In this document: positions 45,615 to 56,600 of the stretch, piece by piece
Position numbering within the stretch: the stretch's first letter is position 1
How the letters are laid out: every line of letters begins with the position of its first letter
Assembly (NCBI GenBank): GCA_040755995.1
Contig: JBFMAF010000049.1
Coordinates: forward strand, 32,001 to 96,000
Direction: 5' to 3'
DNA from: Acidobacteriota bacterium
Lineage (GTDB): Bacteria > Acidobacteriota > CAIWXX01
DNA: 64,000 nucleotides
The notes under the pieces: model-generated
The model's input: only the letters and a program-made list of their open reading frames with translations
Database searches by the model: none
Told to the model about the DNA's origin: nothing
Translations under genes and position numbers: made by a program

Positions 45615-46390
45615 TTCTTACGCACTTTCGGCTGGTTCCTCTCGTAGACGATACGCAGTCCATCGAGCGTCAGGTCCGGGTCGACCTTCTCGATGAGGGG
45701 TGTTTCGGGGGAGAGGACGGTGGCGAGGCCGCCGGTGGCTACCACGGTCCGCGTCTCGTGGTCCTTCTTCATGCGTTCCAGGATGCCCTCGACCAGTCCG
45801 ATGTATCCGTAGAAAAGCCCGCTCTGCATGCTGGTCACGGTGGACTTGCCGATGATGCTGTCCGGCTTGCGGATCTCGACGCGCGGCAGCCTTGCTGCGC
45901 GCTGGAACAGGGCCTCCGCCGAAATCATGATTCCGGGGGCGATAGCCCCTCCGAGGTACTCACCGCGCACGGAGATCGCGTCGAATGTGGTGGCCGTCCC
46001 GAAGTCGACCACGATCGATGGGCCTCCGTATTTCTCGAACGCCGCTACGGCGTTGACGATCCGGTCGGCACCCACTTCCTGAGGGTTGTCGTAGAGGATC
46101 GGCATGCCCGTCTTGATGCCGGGCTCGACCATGAACGCATCGATCTCGAAGTACCGGCGCGCGACGCGTTCGAGGATCGGCGTGAGCGGAGGCACAACGC
46201 AGGAGACCGCGAAGCCGGCCAGCTTGCGCCGATCGATCTCGCTCAGGCTCAGCAGGTTTCTGATCGCGAGTCCATACTCGTCGACCGTGCGCTCGCGCTG
46301 AGTCGATATCCGCCAGTGCGCCATGAGGCGCTTCCCCGCGAAGACGCCCACCACCGTGTGCGTGTTGCCCACATCCAGTGCAAGTAGCAT
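45608..46390 (-). CDS. coaX: Type III pantothenate kinase
   Basis: LDVGNT, SCVVP, VGADRIVN, VDFGTATTFD, GGAIAPG, ATGG. Confidence 0.95.
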   Translation of the reverse strand: MLLALDVGNTHTVVGVFAGKRLMAHWRISTQRERTVDEYGLAIRNLLSLSEIDRRKLAGFAVSCVVPPLTPILERVARRYFEIDAFMVEPGIKTGMPILYDNPQEVGADRIVNAVAAFEKYGGPSIVVDFGTATTFDAISVRGEYLGGAIAPGIMISAEALFQRAARLPRVEIRKPDSIIGKSTVTSMQSGLFYGYIGLVEGILERMKKDHETRTVVATGGLATVLSPETPLIEKVDPDLTLDGLRIVYERNQPKVRKNS

Positions 46391-46419
46391 TTCGCCTCCA
46401 CCTCCGCTTCGACGGTTTG

Positions 46420-47229
46420 TTAACGCGTGCCCCTCAGGGACGTGATCTGCTCGCCGTACAGTCGCTCCTGCGATCCGTCGCGGCATTCGATGAGGAGCGC
46501 TCCGTCCGGTTCGATCTGGACTACGGTGGCCTGTTCAGCGGCCTTGTCCGGCCGGGACACCAGAATCGGGTCGCCGGGGTGCTGGGCACAGCGCCGGCGG
46601 TACTCTGCGAGCACTCGGTCGGTCCTGCCTTCGCGCAGCAGATCGTAGTTGAGCTCGATTGAGTTGAGAAGCTCCGCAAGGAGCTCCTCCCGCGCGACAC
46701 CCGCTCCGACCCCGATCGCCGTATCCGCGAGATCCGCCGGCCACCCTGCCTCGGGGTCCGCGACATTGACTCCGATCCCGGCCACGACACCGAGGAGCCG
46801 GCCTTCCTGGACCTGCGACTCGACGAGTATGCCCGCGACCTTGCGGTCCTCCAGCATGATGTCGTTCGGCCACTTCAAGGAAGGGGTGAGACCCGCAGCC
46901 GCCTCGATTCCCTGGGCAACCGAAAGCCCGATCGAAAGCGGCAGGATCGACCACGGCTGGAATGTGGGCCGCAGCAGGAGCGACAAGTAGAGGCCGGTGC
47001 CGGGCGGGGAGTACCACCGGTCTCCCTTGCGCCCGCGCCCGCTCGACTGCCTGTCGGCCACCAGCACGAACCCCTCCTCCTCGCCCTCCTCCGCCTTCCG
47101 CAGAACCGCCAGCTGAGTAGAGACGATCTCGCGTACCATTTCAATTTTTCTACCAATGTAGTAAGTCCTCAGCCGTTCTGCGAAAAGCGTCAGGTCGAGG
47201 AAGATATCTTCCAGGGGCATGTCCACCAT
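46420..47229 (-). CDS. birA: Biotin--[acetyl-CoA-carboxylase] ligase (no N-terminal HTH)
   Basis: QSSGRGRKGDRWYSP, LKWPND, KVAGIL, GIGVNV, DGALL. Confidence 0.9.
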   Translation of the reverse strand: MVDMPLEDIFLDLTLFAERLRTYYIGRKIEMVREIVSTQLAVLRKAEEGEEEGFVLVADRQSSGRGRKGDRWYSPPGTGLYLSLLLRPTFQPWSILPLSIGLSVAQGIEAAAGLTPSLKWPNDIMLEDRKVAGILVESQVQEGRLLGVVAGIGVNVADPEAGWPADLADTAIGVGAGVAREELLAELLNSIELNYDLLREGRTDRVLAEYRRRCAQHPGDPILVSRPDKAAEQATVVQIEPDGALLIECRDGSQERLYGEQITSLRGTR

Positions 47230-47273
47230 CGCTTCAACCACGAGGCCGTGCGGCGCGCGCCGATCCGCCGGCT

Positions 47274-48116
47274 CTATACGACGAGTGCCATCTCGAAGCT
47301 GATGTCGGCGGCGGGGGCGGAGTGGGTGAGGGCGCCGACCGAAATCCTGTTCACGCCCGTGAGGGCGTAGTCGCGCACGTTCTCCAGGGTGACGCCGCCG
47401 CTCGCTTCGAGTGTGGCTCGCCCGGCGTTTATGCGGACGGCCTCGCGCACCTGGTCGACCGTCATGTTGTCCAGCAGTATGAGCTCGGCCCCCTCTGCCA
47501 GCCCCTCCTGGAGCTCGCCCAGTGTTGCCACTTCGATCTCGATCGGCATGGGCTGGGGTGTCGAGCGCCGGGTTCGAGTGATCGCCTCCCGGATGCCGCC
47601 CGCGATGCGGATGTGGTTGTCCTTGATGAGGATGCCGTCGAAGAGCCCGAACCGGTGATTGCGCCCGCCGCCCATGCGCACCGCGTACTTGTCGATCGGC
47701 CGCAACGTCGGCACGGTCTTGCGGGTGTCTGTGACCTGCGCGGCGGTACCGCGCACAGCCGCCACGAACATGCTCGTGGTGGTGGCGATGCCGCAGAGGT
47801 GCTGCAGGAAGTTGAGCGCTACGCGCTCGCCCGTGAGCAGCGCCGCGGCGCGGCCTTCGATCTCGCACAGTACGTCGCCTCGCGACACCGTCTGACCGTC
47901 GGACTTGGCGGAGTGCACCTGGAGCTGCGGGTCGAGCCGCTTGAAGATGCGGAGGAAGATGTCGAGACCGGCGAGCACGAAGTCGGACTTGGCACATGCC
48001 TGGCCCCGCGCGCGCTCGTCGCCCTGCAGCACGAGCTGTGTAGTCAGGTCCCCGTGTCCGATGTCCTCCTTGAGGGCGGCATCGATCAGGTTGTCGAGGT
48101 ACTGGGAGTGGGTCAC
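47274..48116 (-). CDS. nadC: Nicotinate-nucleotide diphosphorylase (carboxylating)
   Basis: EDIGHGDLTT, ERVALNF, DTRKT, NHRFGLFD..LIKDNH, LLDNM, EASGG, SVGALTHS; GTG start overlaps the valS stop. Confidence 0.95.
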   Translation of the reverse strand: MTHSQYLDNLIDAALKEDIGHGDLTTQLVLQGDERARGQACAKSDFVLAGLDIFLRIFKRLDPQLQVHSAKSDGQTVSRGDVLCEIEGRAAALLTGERVALNFLQHLCGIATTTSMFVAAVRGTAAQVTDTRKTVPTLRPIDKYAVRMGGGRNHRFGLFDGILIKDNHIRIAGGIREAITRTRRSTPQPMPIEIEVATLGELQEGLAEGAELILLDNMTVDQVREAVRINAGRATLEASGGVTLENVRDYALTGVNRISVGALTHSAPAADISFEMALVV

Positions 48117-50728
48117 GTGATCCTCCGCAGGATGGCTTCCAGTTTCTCTTTGCGCGCGACCAGGTCCCGGTGGCGCTGCTGCGCCTCCTGAACGACTTTC
48201 TCCGGGGCCTTCGAGAGGAAATCTTGATTGTCCAGCTTCCTGTTCAAGAGGGCGATCTCGTCCTCTGCCTTCGCCAGTTCCCGCTCGACGCGGGTCCGCT
48301 CGGCCTCCAGGTCGCCGGCGTCCACGATCGGGATCGATATTTCGGTCGTTCCGGCCACACCCCGGAGCGAGGCTTTGTCTTCGGGCAAATGCTCCAGGAT
48401 CGACAGCGCCTTGGCGCGACACAGTGTTGCGATGTAGCTCTGCATGGACTGCCAGAAGACGCGCTCCTGGAGCAGCGGCGAGCCCAGGACGAGGTCGATC
48501 TTCCGCGCGGGATCGATGCTGTTCTCCGAGCGCAGGTTTCGGACGGCGGTGATCAGCGCCTGGAGCGACTCCATTTTCCGGATCACATCCAGGTCGACCT
48601 CCGATTCCTGCGCCGCCGGGTACCGGCTCAGCATGAGCGCCGGCTCGGAGTGGGGGAGCTTCTGGTAGAGCTCTTCGGTGATGAACGGCATGAACGGGTG
48701 GAGCAGGCGGAGGACGTTGCGGAGCGACCGGAGCAGCACGACGGCGGACACGTTCGCTTCCTTTGCGATGAGCTGCGGCTTCACGAGCTCGATGTACCAG
48801 TCGCAGAACTCGTGCCAGAGGAAATGATAAAGAGTCTCGGCGGCCTCGTGGAACCGGTATCCGGCAAGGGCGGTGTTGACGGAGATCGCGACCTGGTTGG
48901 TCCGTGAGGTGATCCATCGGTCGGCAAATGTCAGCTCTCCCGTGATGCCTTCGTCGAGATTCTCGGGAAGGTTGATCATCACGAAGCGCGCGGCGTTCCA
49001 GAGCTTGTTGGCAAAGGCGCGGTAGCCCTTCAGCCTGCCGGGATGCAGAGGGATGTCGGTGCCCGCGACCGCCTGTATGGCCAGCGTGAAACGCATGGCA
49101 TCCGCTCCATACTCCGCCATGAGACGCTCGGGCTCGATCGCGTTGCCCTTGCTCTTGCTCATCTTCTGCCCCTCGGCGTCTCGAATGAGCCCGGTCAAGA
49201 ACACCTCGCGGAACGGGACTTCATTGGTGAACTTGAGCCCCATCATTATCATCCGGGCCACCCAGAAGAAGATGATGTCGTAGGCGGTGATGAGCAGGTC
49301 GGTGGGGTAGTAGCGGGTGAGGTCGGGCGTCTGCGCCGGCCACCCCAGCGTGCTGAACGGCCACAGTGCCGAGCTGAACCAGGTGTCGAGCACGTCCTCG
49401 TCCTGCTGCAGCCGCGAGCCGCCGCACGTGCACCGGCCCGGGTCGGCCACCTCGCACAGCACGTTGCCGCAGTCCTCGCAGTACCAGACCGGAATCCGGT
49501 GCCCCCACCAGAGCTGGCGCGATATGCACCAGTCGCGGATGTTGTCGAGCCACTCGAAGTAGGTCTTGGCCCAATTCTCGGGAACGAGGCGAACCCGTCC
49601 GTCGCGAACGGCTGCGATCGCGGGCTCGGCGAGGGGCTTCATCTTGACGAACCACTGCTTCGAAAGCGTCGGCTCGACCGTCGTGTCGCATCGCTGGCAA
49701 TGGCCGACCATGTGCTGGTGGTCTTCGATCTTGACCAGCAGCTTCTCCTTCTTCAGCCGCTGGACGATCTCCTTGCGGGCCTGGAAGCGATCCTTGCCGG
49801 CGTACTCGCCGGCGTTTTCGTTCATCTTGCCCGTTCCGTCCATGACGACAGGGGCGGGCAGCGAGTGCCGCCTGCCGACTTCGAAGTCGTTGGGATCGTG
49901 TGCCGGTGTGACTTTCACTACACCTGTTCCGAACTCACGGTCCACGAAATCGTCCTCGACGATCGGTATTTCGCGGCCCATGATCGGGAGCACCACGAGC
50001 GCGTCCTTCAGCGGCGCTGCACGCTCGTCGTCCGGATGCATCGCGACAGCAGTGTCGCCGAGCATCGTCTCGGGGCGTGTCGTGGCCACGACCACATAGT
50101 CGCGGCTGCCCTTGACCGGGTACTTGATGTAATAGAGCTTCCCTGCGGTATCCTTCGGGATGACTTCCAGATCCGAGAGCGCCGTCTGACAGCGCGGGCA
50201 CCAGTTGACGATGTACTCGCCGCGGTAGATGAGCCCTTCTCTGTACAAGCTCACGAACACCGTGCGCACCGCGTGCGAGAGGGCTGGGTCCATGGTGAAA
50301 CGTTCGCGGCTCCAGTCGCAGCTCGATCCGAGGCTGCGCAGCTGTCGGGTGATGCGCCCGCCGTACTCCTCGCGCCACTTCCACACCCGCTCGAGGAAAC
50401 GCGCCCGCCCGAGCTCCTTGCGCGAAGTCTTCTCCTGGTGGAGCTGCCGCTCGACCACCATTTGAGTCGCGATTCCCGCATGGTCGGTGCCGGGCAGCCA
50501 CAGGGCGGCGTAGCCGTTCATTCGCTTCCAACGCGTGACGATGTCGTGAAGAGTGTACTGGAGGGCGTGGCCCATGTGGAGCGAGCCGGTGATGTTGGGC
50601 GGGGGAATCGAAATGGAGAACCGTGGGCCGGTGTCGCTTGCCGGTGCGAACCAGCCGCCGCTCTCCCAGAATTCATAAATGCGTTTTTCGAAATCCTGAG
50701 GTTCGTATGACTTGGCAAGCCTATCCAA
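48113..50728 (-). CDS. valS: Valine--tRNA ligase
   Basis: PPPNITGSLHMGH, DHAGIATQ, DWCISRQLWWGH, DTWFSS, KMSKS, C-terminal coiled coil. Confidence 0.97.
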   Translation of the reverse strand: MDRLAKSYEPQDFEKRIYEFWESGGWFAPASDTGPRFSISIPPPNITGSLHMGHALQYTLHDIVTRWKRMNGYAALWLPGTDHAGIATQMVVERQLHQEKTSRKELGRARFLERVWKWREEYGGRITRQLRSLGSSCDWSRERFTMDPALSHAVRTVFVSLYREGLIYRGEYIVNWCPRCQTALSDLEVIPKDTAGKLYYIKYPVKGSRDYVVVATTRPETMLGDTAVAMHPDDERAAPLKDALVVLPIMGREIPIVEDDFVDREFGTGVVKVTPAHDPNDFEVGRRHSLPAPVVMDGTGKMNENAGEYAGKDRFQARKEIVQRLKKEKLLVKIEDHQHMVGHCQRCDTTVEPTLSKQWFVKMKPLAEPAIAAVRDGRVRLVPENWAKTYFEWLDNIRDWCISRQLWWGHRIPVWYCEDCGNVLCEVADPGRCTCGGSRLQQDEDVLDTWFSSALWPFSTLGWPAQTPDLTRYYPTDLLITAYDIIFFWVARMIMMGLKFTNEVPFREVFLTGLIRDAEGQKMSKSKGNAIEPERLMAEYGADAMRFTLAIQAVAGTDIPLHPGRLKGYRAFANKLWNAARFVMINLPENLDEGITGELTFADRWITSRTNQVAISVNTALAGYRFHEAAETLYHFLWHEFCDWYIELVKPQLIAKEANVSAVVLLRSLRNVLRLLHPFMPFITEELYQKLPHSEPALMLSRYPAAQESEVDLDVIRKMESLQALITAVRNLRSENSIDPARKIDLVLGSPLLQERVFWQSMQSYIATLCRAKALSILEHLPEDKASLRGVAGTTEISIPIVDAGDLEAERTRVERELAKAEDEIALLNRKLDNQDFLSKAPEKVVQEAQQRHRDLVARKEKLEAILRRIT

Positions 50729-50979
50729 TTGCTGACTCCTCGACGCCAGCTAGCTGGCGGTCTGATCCGTAATGACTGTGCAGCGTCGGGCTGGGGACAA
50801 GCGCAGGATCGGCCGGCGGCATCCGCTGCCAGTGAGCAGACGGAGGAAGCGTTTGACCCCTCATCTGGAAGATGCCACGCAAGTGGTCGCGCACGGGACA
50901 GCTGGGATGCAACCCACCGCTAGCGAGGCTGCGCCTCAGACCCACGGGGCATGTCACGGTTGGAGCGGCGCAGCCTCGC

Positions 50980-51009
50980 GTCGAGAGTCGAGAGTCGAAG
51001 GTCGAAAGT
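50980..51009. repeat. Heptamer tandem repeat (GTCGARR)x4
   Basis: GTCGAGA GTCGAGA GTCGAAG GTCGAAA. Confidence 0.8.
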
Positions 51010-51112
51010 AAAAACCGTGGGAATTGACGGCCAATGACGCACCGCTCCAAGAATTTGACTCAATCGCAACAACTTCTTCGCCTCAAGCCGCCCGACGCGC
51101 CCAGTGCAGCGG

Positions 51113-53512
51113 CTACATCCCCTTTTCCAGTCTCTCTATCTCTTTCTTGACCAGTATCTCGGCCAGGTCCGGCACTACCTCCCACGCGATCTCTTCGATC
51201 ACCTTCTCCGAGAGCATAGCCACTACGCGCCTCGCGATCGCGTCGATCATCTCGGGGGGTAACGCATCGAGCCTGATCGGGAGAGGCTCCAGCTTCGAGA
51301 TGTCAGGCACGGTTGCCATGCGAGCCCGGCGAATCCCCTCTTCTGCGGGCGGAGCGGCAGCGAGCACGGGTACCTCCTCCGCCTCTGCTCGGGGCAACTC
51401 CGGAGCGGGCGCGGGTGGCGCCGGTGCCTCCTCCCACTCCTCCACCGCGACCGGTGGTGGTTCCTCAATCGGTTCGGCTGCAGCCGCGGCCGGCTCCGGC
51501 TCGGCGAGGTACTCCGGCGCCTCCTCCTCGATCCTCGGCGCCTCGAATGCCACAGCAGGCTCCGGCTCTGTCTTCGCCGGCACCTCTTCGACCTTCTCCT
51601 CAGCAGGAATCTCGAACTCGGTAAAGCCGAGGGCCTGCTCTGCCTTCTGCTCTTCGACGAGCTCGATGCCGGGGATCGCAACAGGCGCGGGCGGTGCTGC
51701 AGCAACCCTGATCGGCACCTCTTGTACGACTTCGGTCTCGATCGGCACCACCGGTTCGGCCAGCACCTCTGAGACCACCTCCGGCTCGATCGGCAGAATC
51801 TCCGGCTCCACCTCCGCCGGCGGCTCTTCCGCAGTCACTGCAACTTCAGGCGCAACTTCCACCGACGGCAGGGGCTCCTCGAGCCCCGGCGGAGCGAATC
51901 CCGCCACCTCGACAGCAGGAACGCTGGGCTCCAAGACGAGCCCAGGTACCTCCTCGACTTCGGGCTCGATCGCGATCTCTGCGACAGGCTCCGGCTCCTT
52001 GGCCAGGCCAAGCGGCTCGACGGCGGCCTCTTCCTCGAAGGCGAACTCCTGCTCGTATTCGCGTTTGACAAACGGCCCCATGCTCACTTCCAGTCCGGGC
52101 GCTGGGGCCGACTCGGCCATCGCCTCCGGCACCAACTCGATCAACGGCGGGGGCGTTGCCAGCCTCGACGGGATCTCTTCGACCTCGGGTTCCGGCGGCA
52201 CGGCCTCCCCGAGGACCGGCACGGCCTCTTCTACCGCCGGCACAGGCTCGGCCACCTCCTCCGCTTCGAACCCCGGGAACTGCGGTTCGCCAGCGGCCTC
52301 AGTTTCAAACGGCTCGGCCGGAACAGCCTCGAGACCAGGTGCAGCGAGCGGTTCCGCAGCCAGCGGCGCTTCGGCGGTGACCTCGGGCATGGACTCGATC
52401 AACAGCGGCGCCGCCTCAGCCTCCGCCTCCACTTGCAACAAGGGCGGTGGCGCCTCTTCGATGATTTCGAGACGCGGCTCTTCTGCCACGACCTCGGCAG
52501 GCGCTGCGGCGGATGGTGCCTCGGGCATGAGATCGACGAACAGCGGAGTCGTGTCGGCCGAGGGCTCTGCTGCGACCTCCTCCAGCGGCAGCGGCTCGGC
52601 CTCTTCTACGCCAGTCGGAACGGCTGCCTCCAGCACTTCGATCGGCTGTGCCTCGGGCGCCACCTCTTCGATCAACGGGATCTCGGCGAGCGGCGCCGGC
52701 TTCTCCTCGGCCACCGGTGTCGGCTGTACGCGCCACAGCGGTATAGTGCGGTCGAATACCGATTCAGGCGCCGGTGCGACGGGCCGCTCAGGCTCCATGA
52801 CAGGCGATACAGGCGGCTCGGGTGGCGGCGGGGGTGGCGGGGCAGGGGCCTTCGCAACTCCGAGCGACTGACGTTCCCAATCCCGCAGGTCGTCGGCGAG
52901 ATCCGCGAAGCTGGCCTCTGGCGGCATCTCCGGAGGCGGGATGGGCTCGGGGGGTGGAGCAGGCGGAGCTGTGAACTCCTCGAAGGCAACTGCTTCAGCG
53001 CGCGGTTCCCTGATCGGCGTGAACGCCACGGTCATATCCGGGGACAAGCTCGGAGGCGCAGCCGCAGGCCTCGCCGGCTCCACCACCTCCGGCGCCGGTT
53101 TCGGGATGGCGGGCTCGGGTCTTGCAGGGGCCGGCGCAGGCTTCTTGCTTTCCATCAGCTCGCGCACCCGCGTGACGAGGCTGCGCGAGTCGAAGGGTTT
53201 GGCGAGGAATCCGTCACTGCCGACGCGGAGCGCGCGCTCCTTGTCGAAGGGCTCGAACGAGCCTGCCATCAGCAGCACAGGTATGGCGCTGAGCGACGGT
53301 TCCGCCTTCACGAACTCACAGACTTCGTACCCGTCCTTGCCGGGCATGATCACGTCGAGCATGATGATATCAGGCCGGATCTCACGGATCTTCTGCAATG
53401 CGAGATCGCCATTCTGGACGGTCACGACCTGCGTGTCGGTATCAGCAAAGGTAAGCTCCACCACCTTCCGTATCGTGTGACTGTCATCGGCCACAAGTAT
53501 CCGTTGACCCAT
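51113..53512 (-). CDS. RomR-like response regulator: receiver domain + very long Pro/Glu/Ala-rich linker + conserved C-terminal helix
   Basis: ADDS.TIRKVVELTF, LDVIMP, FEPFD, KPF; C-terminal IEEIAWEVVPDLAEILVKKEIERL; directly upstream of valS. Confidence 0.8.
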   Translation of the reverse strand: MGQRILVADDSHTIRKVVELTFADTDTQVVTVQNGDLALQKIREIRPDIIMLDVIMPGKDGYEVCEFVKAEPSLSAIPVLLMAGSFEPFDKERALRVGSDGFLAKPFDSRSLVTRVRELMESKKPAPAPARPEPAIPKPAPEVVEPARPAAAPPSLSPDMTVAFTPIREPRAEAVAFEEFTAPPAPPPEPIPPPEMPPEASFADLADDLRDWERQSLGVAKAPAPPPPPPPEPPVSPVMEPERPVAPAPESVFDRTIPLWRVQPTPVAEEKPAPLAEIPLIEEVAPEAQPIEVLEAAVPTGVEEAEPLPLEEVAAEPSADTTPLFVDLMPEAPSAAAPAEVVAEEPRLEIIEEAPPPLLQVEAEAEAAPLLIESMPEVTAEAPLAAEPLAAPGLEAVPAEPFETEAAGEPQFPGFEAEEVAEPVPAVEEAVPVLGEAVPPEPEVEEIPSRLATPPPLIELVPEAMAESAPAPGLEVSMGPFVKREYEQEFAFEEEAAVEPLGLAKEPEPVAEIAIEPEVEEVPGLVLEPSVPAVEVAGFAPPGLEEPLPSVEVAPEVAVTAEEPPAEVEPEILPIEPEVVSEVLAEPVVPIETEVVQEVPIRVAAAPPAPVAIPGIELVEEQKAEQALGFTEFEIPAEEKVEEVPAKTEPEPAVAFEAPRIEEEAPEYLAEPEPAAAAAEPIEEPPPVAVEEWEEAPAPPAPAPELPRAEAEEVPVLAAAPPAEEGIRRARMATVPDISKLEPLPIRLDALPPEMIDAIARRVVAMLSEKVIEEIAWEVVPDLAEILVKKEIERLEKGM

Positions 53513-53554
53513 CTCGCAACCTCCTTGAGTTCCCTGGAGCTCTTTTTCCGCCTC

Positions 53555-53584
53555 AAATTAACACCTATACTCTACTATTGTCAA
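53555..53584 (-). promoter_or_regulatory. Putative sigma-70 promoter for the RomR-like gene
   Basis: Minus strand TTGACA-18 bp-TAATTT in an AT-rich patch. Confidence 0.45.
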
Positions 53585-53679
53585 GAATTTGGGCCGGTTC
53601 GAGATCGTGCGGCAGCTCCTCTGAGCCAGGGGCGAACGATGCCGGGAAGCCGGAGGCCGGCGCGCGCAGGAGGTTCCGG

Positions 53680-56600
53680 CTATTTCAGCGCCGCGTTTGC
53701 TTTTCCGGCGATCAGCAGAAAGCCTTTTGCCTTGGCATCCTTCTCGAGCGCCTGGAGGAGCTTGCGGCCGGCCGCCCGGTCTCCGTGGGTGATCTGGATC
53801 TCGCCCAGAGCCAGGCGACACCAGAGTTGCGACGGCACGGTCCCCACTTTGTCGGCCTTTGCGAGAGCGCGGTCGAGGTCTTCGAGCGCTTCCTTTGTCT
53901 TTCCCTCTGTCGCCCGCAAGCGCGCCTCGACCGTCGTCGTGTCGACATCCGAGATGACTTCGTCACTGTGTTCCGCCGTCCGGGCGCTCCTGACCGCCGC
54001 GTCCGCGGCCGCCAGCTTCCCTTGTGCGAGCAATGCTTCGGCCAGGGCCGTGTCTGCGGGCGCCTCCCATTCCGACAGGTTCTCCTTGCACATCGCCGCT
54101 ATCGTCTCCCGCGCAAGAGCTTCAGCATCGAGCGGGCGCCCTTCTTCCAAGAGCAGCCGCGATATGGCCGCCCGGGTCTCCGCGATTTTCAGATTCTGGC
54201 CATTCTCCATCCTTATCTTCAACGCCTCTTCATACCTCTTTCGGGCGTTCACGAGGTCGCCTTGTTCCAACAGTACGCGGCCAAGGTCGTGAAGTGCATT
54301 CGGTACGTATCGTGCGAAGCCGAAGTCCCTCATCAGAGTGATGCTCTCTTCGAATCGCTTTCGGGCGCCCACCAGATCCCCCTGGAGGTAGAGCATCCCG
54401 GCGAGGTTGTGCATCATGGCACCCGCAAACCCCTTCTCGCCGTTGTCCGTCGCGATTGCCATGGCTTCCTCATAGAGTTTCTTGGCAGTCAGCAGGTCGC
54501 CCTCTTGCTGGGACGCGACGGCCAGGTTATGCATCGCCATGCTCTCGCTACTTCTGTCCCCAATCTCGCGATAGGCAGCCAGCGCTTCCTGGTACCTCTT
54601 CTTCGCACGGCCGATATCGCCGTGGTAGTCCAGATCTATGTTGGCCAGATCGTTCAGAACGGTGGCGACCTGGCTCTTGTTGGCAGTCTCCCGCGCCACT
54701 GTGAGGGACTCACCCAGGAGTCTCTCGGCGGCGGGTATGTCGCCGCGGCCGCTCGCGATGGACGCAAGGTTGCGAAGCACGTTCCCCTCACCGCTGCGAT
54801 CGCCGATCTCACGATATACGGCAAGCGCCTCTCCGTAAGCCGAAGCTGCACCTGCCAGGTCACCACGCTCCAGCAACGTGGCGCCCATGTGGCTCGTCGC
54901 GCGCGCAACACCGCCCCGATCACCCGCTGCCGAGAATGCCTCCCGGGCTGCTCTGAACGCTTCCATGGCCTTCGGCACGTCTCCCAATGCCTTCAGCGCC
55001 CATCCCTCTTCGAGCCGGGCGGATGCGACAAGCAACGTGGCACCCTGTCTGCTGCCATTGGCGACAGCCCTGGCGGACGCGTCCCGCTGCCTCCTGAAGT
55101 CGGATATTTCCCTCGCGGTGCGCGCCTCCTGCAAGTCGATGCGCGGGTCGTCGGAGGCGGGAGGCGGCAGAGTGTGCAACGACGTGACCGTCTGCAGCGC
55201 ATCCTTGCCTTTGCCGGCCGAGGTCTGGGCGCCCGCGAGCAGCAGCCCGTATTCCAGGTTATCCGGGAAGAAGGTCCAGAGCGTGCGGTAGATTTCCACT
55301 CCCTTCTCCCACTCGCGATTCGCTGTCCGGTACTGGCCCTCGACCAGCAGGCGCTCCTCGCGCGGCAGTGCCGCTGAAAGATCCATGGCAAGCTTCGACT
55401 CCTGCTTCGCCTTTTCGTCGTAGCCCAGCCGCGTCCAGGCCTGTGCCAGGGCCGAGTGTGCGAGGCAGTAGTTCGGGTCGGCCTTGACCGCCCTTTCGAG
55501 CGGGGCACGCGCGCTGAGCGCATCGAACGACCGCAACTTAGAGACCCCTTCGGCGTAGAGTCGAGTGACCTCCGAGCTGGCCGGCAAGGTCGCGTGCAGC
55601 GAATCGACCTGAGCGGCCGTGAGCTGGCCGGCACCCAGCTTGGATCGGAGCTGTGTACCCACCTGCGACACGAGATCGAAAAGGCCGGCTTCGTTGCCGG
55701 TCAGCGGAATCGCGGCGACTGTGTCGCCGGAGGACGCGTCCTGAAGGATGATGTCCAGGCGAAGCAGCCCGCCGGACTTCTCGCCCAGAGCCGCGTATGA
55801 TCCCGAGATCACGAAGTCTGCTGCAAGGTTGCTGCGAATCCTGGCGATGGTCTCCCTTGCGAAGGAGTCGATCTCGCGGATGGAGAGGTCCACCTTCATG
55901 CGGGCGACGTTCTCACCCGGTATGGTGCGTAGCTTCTCGCTCGCGGCCAGCTCGGTGCCGAGCATGTCCGAAAGCGCCGTCGACAACCATGCAGCGTTCT
56001 GATTGCCTGTCAGGTTCTTGAATCCGAGAATGGCCACGGCTGGACGCGGCTTGACGATAGTCTGGGATTGAGGCGCTGCCGGCGCCGGAAGGCGCTCATG
56101 AGGAGGAATCAGGATGATGATGATGACGATGAGCGCGGCGATTGCGACTCCGGCCAGCGTCAGGTCGCGCAGCCTGCGCTTCTGCCTGGGGCTTGACGCC
56201 AGCTGTTCGCCGGCGAGCGCCTGAGCCACGTCCATCGCCCCGGCGAAGCGATCCGACGGAGCCCGCTCCAGGCATCGAAGGATTATCTCCTCCCACCTGC
56301 GATCCAGGTCAGGGACGTGTGCGCGCGGCGAGCGCGGCGGCTCTTTCAATCGCTTCACGGCCAGCGAGAGCGCCGTGTCGCCCTCGAAGGGCAGCGCGCC
56401 TGTGAGCATCTCGTAGATGACGATCCCGAGTGCGTAGATGTCGACGGACTCGGTGATCGCACCGCCCTCGACCTGCTCCGGTGCCATGTACGCCGGCGTC
56501 CCGATGATCTCACCGGTGCCGGTGATCGCGGCGCCGGTGCGGTCTGCCATGACGCTGCTGCGAGCCAGGCCGAAGTCGGTCACCACAACGCGAACCTCGG

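Noticed and set aside
50729..51112. T-box or riboswitch upstream of valS
   Set aside because: No T-box consensus or terminator/antiterminator was recognised; only a short heptamer repeat.
51024..52871. 615-aa Ser/Gly/Ala-rich ORF on the + strand
   Set aside because: Antisense shadow of the Pro/Glu-rich RomR-like gene, which has a receiver domain, RBS and conserved C-terminus.
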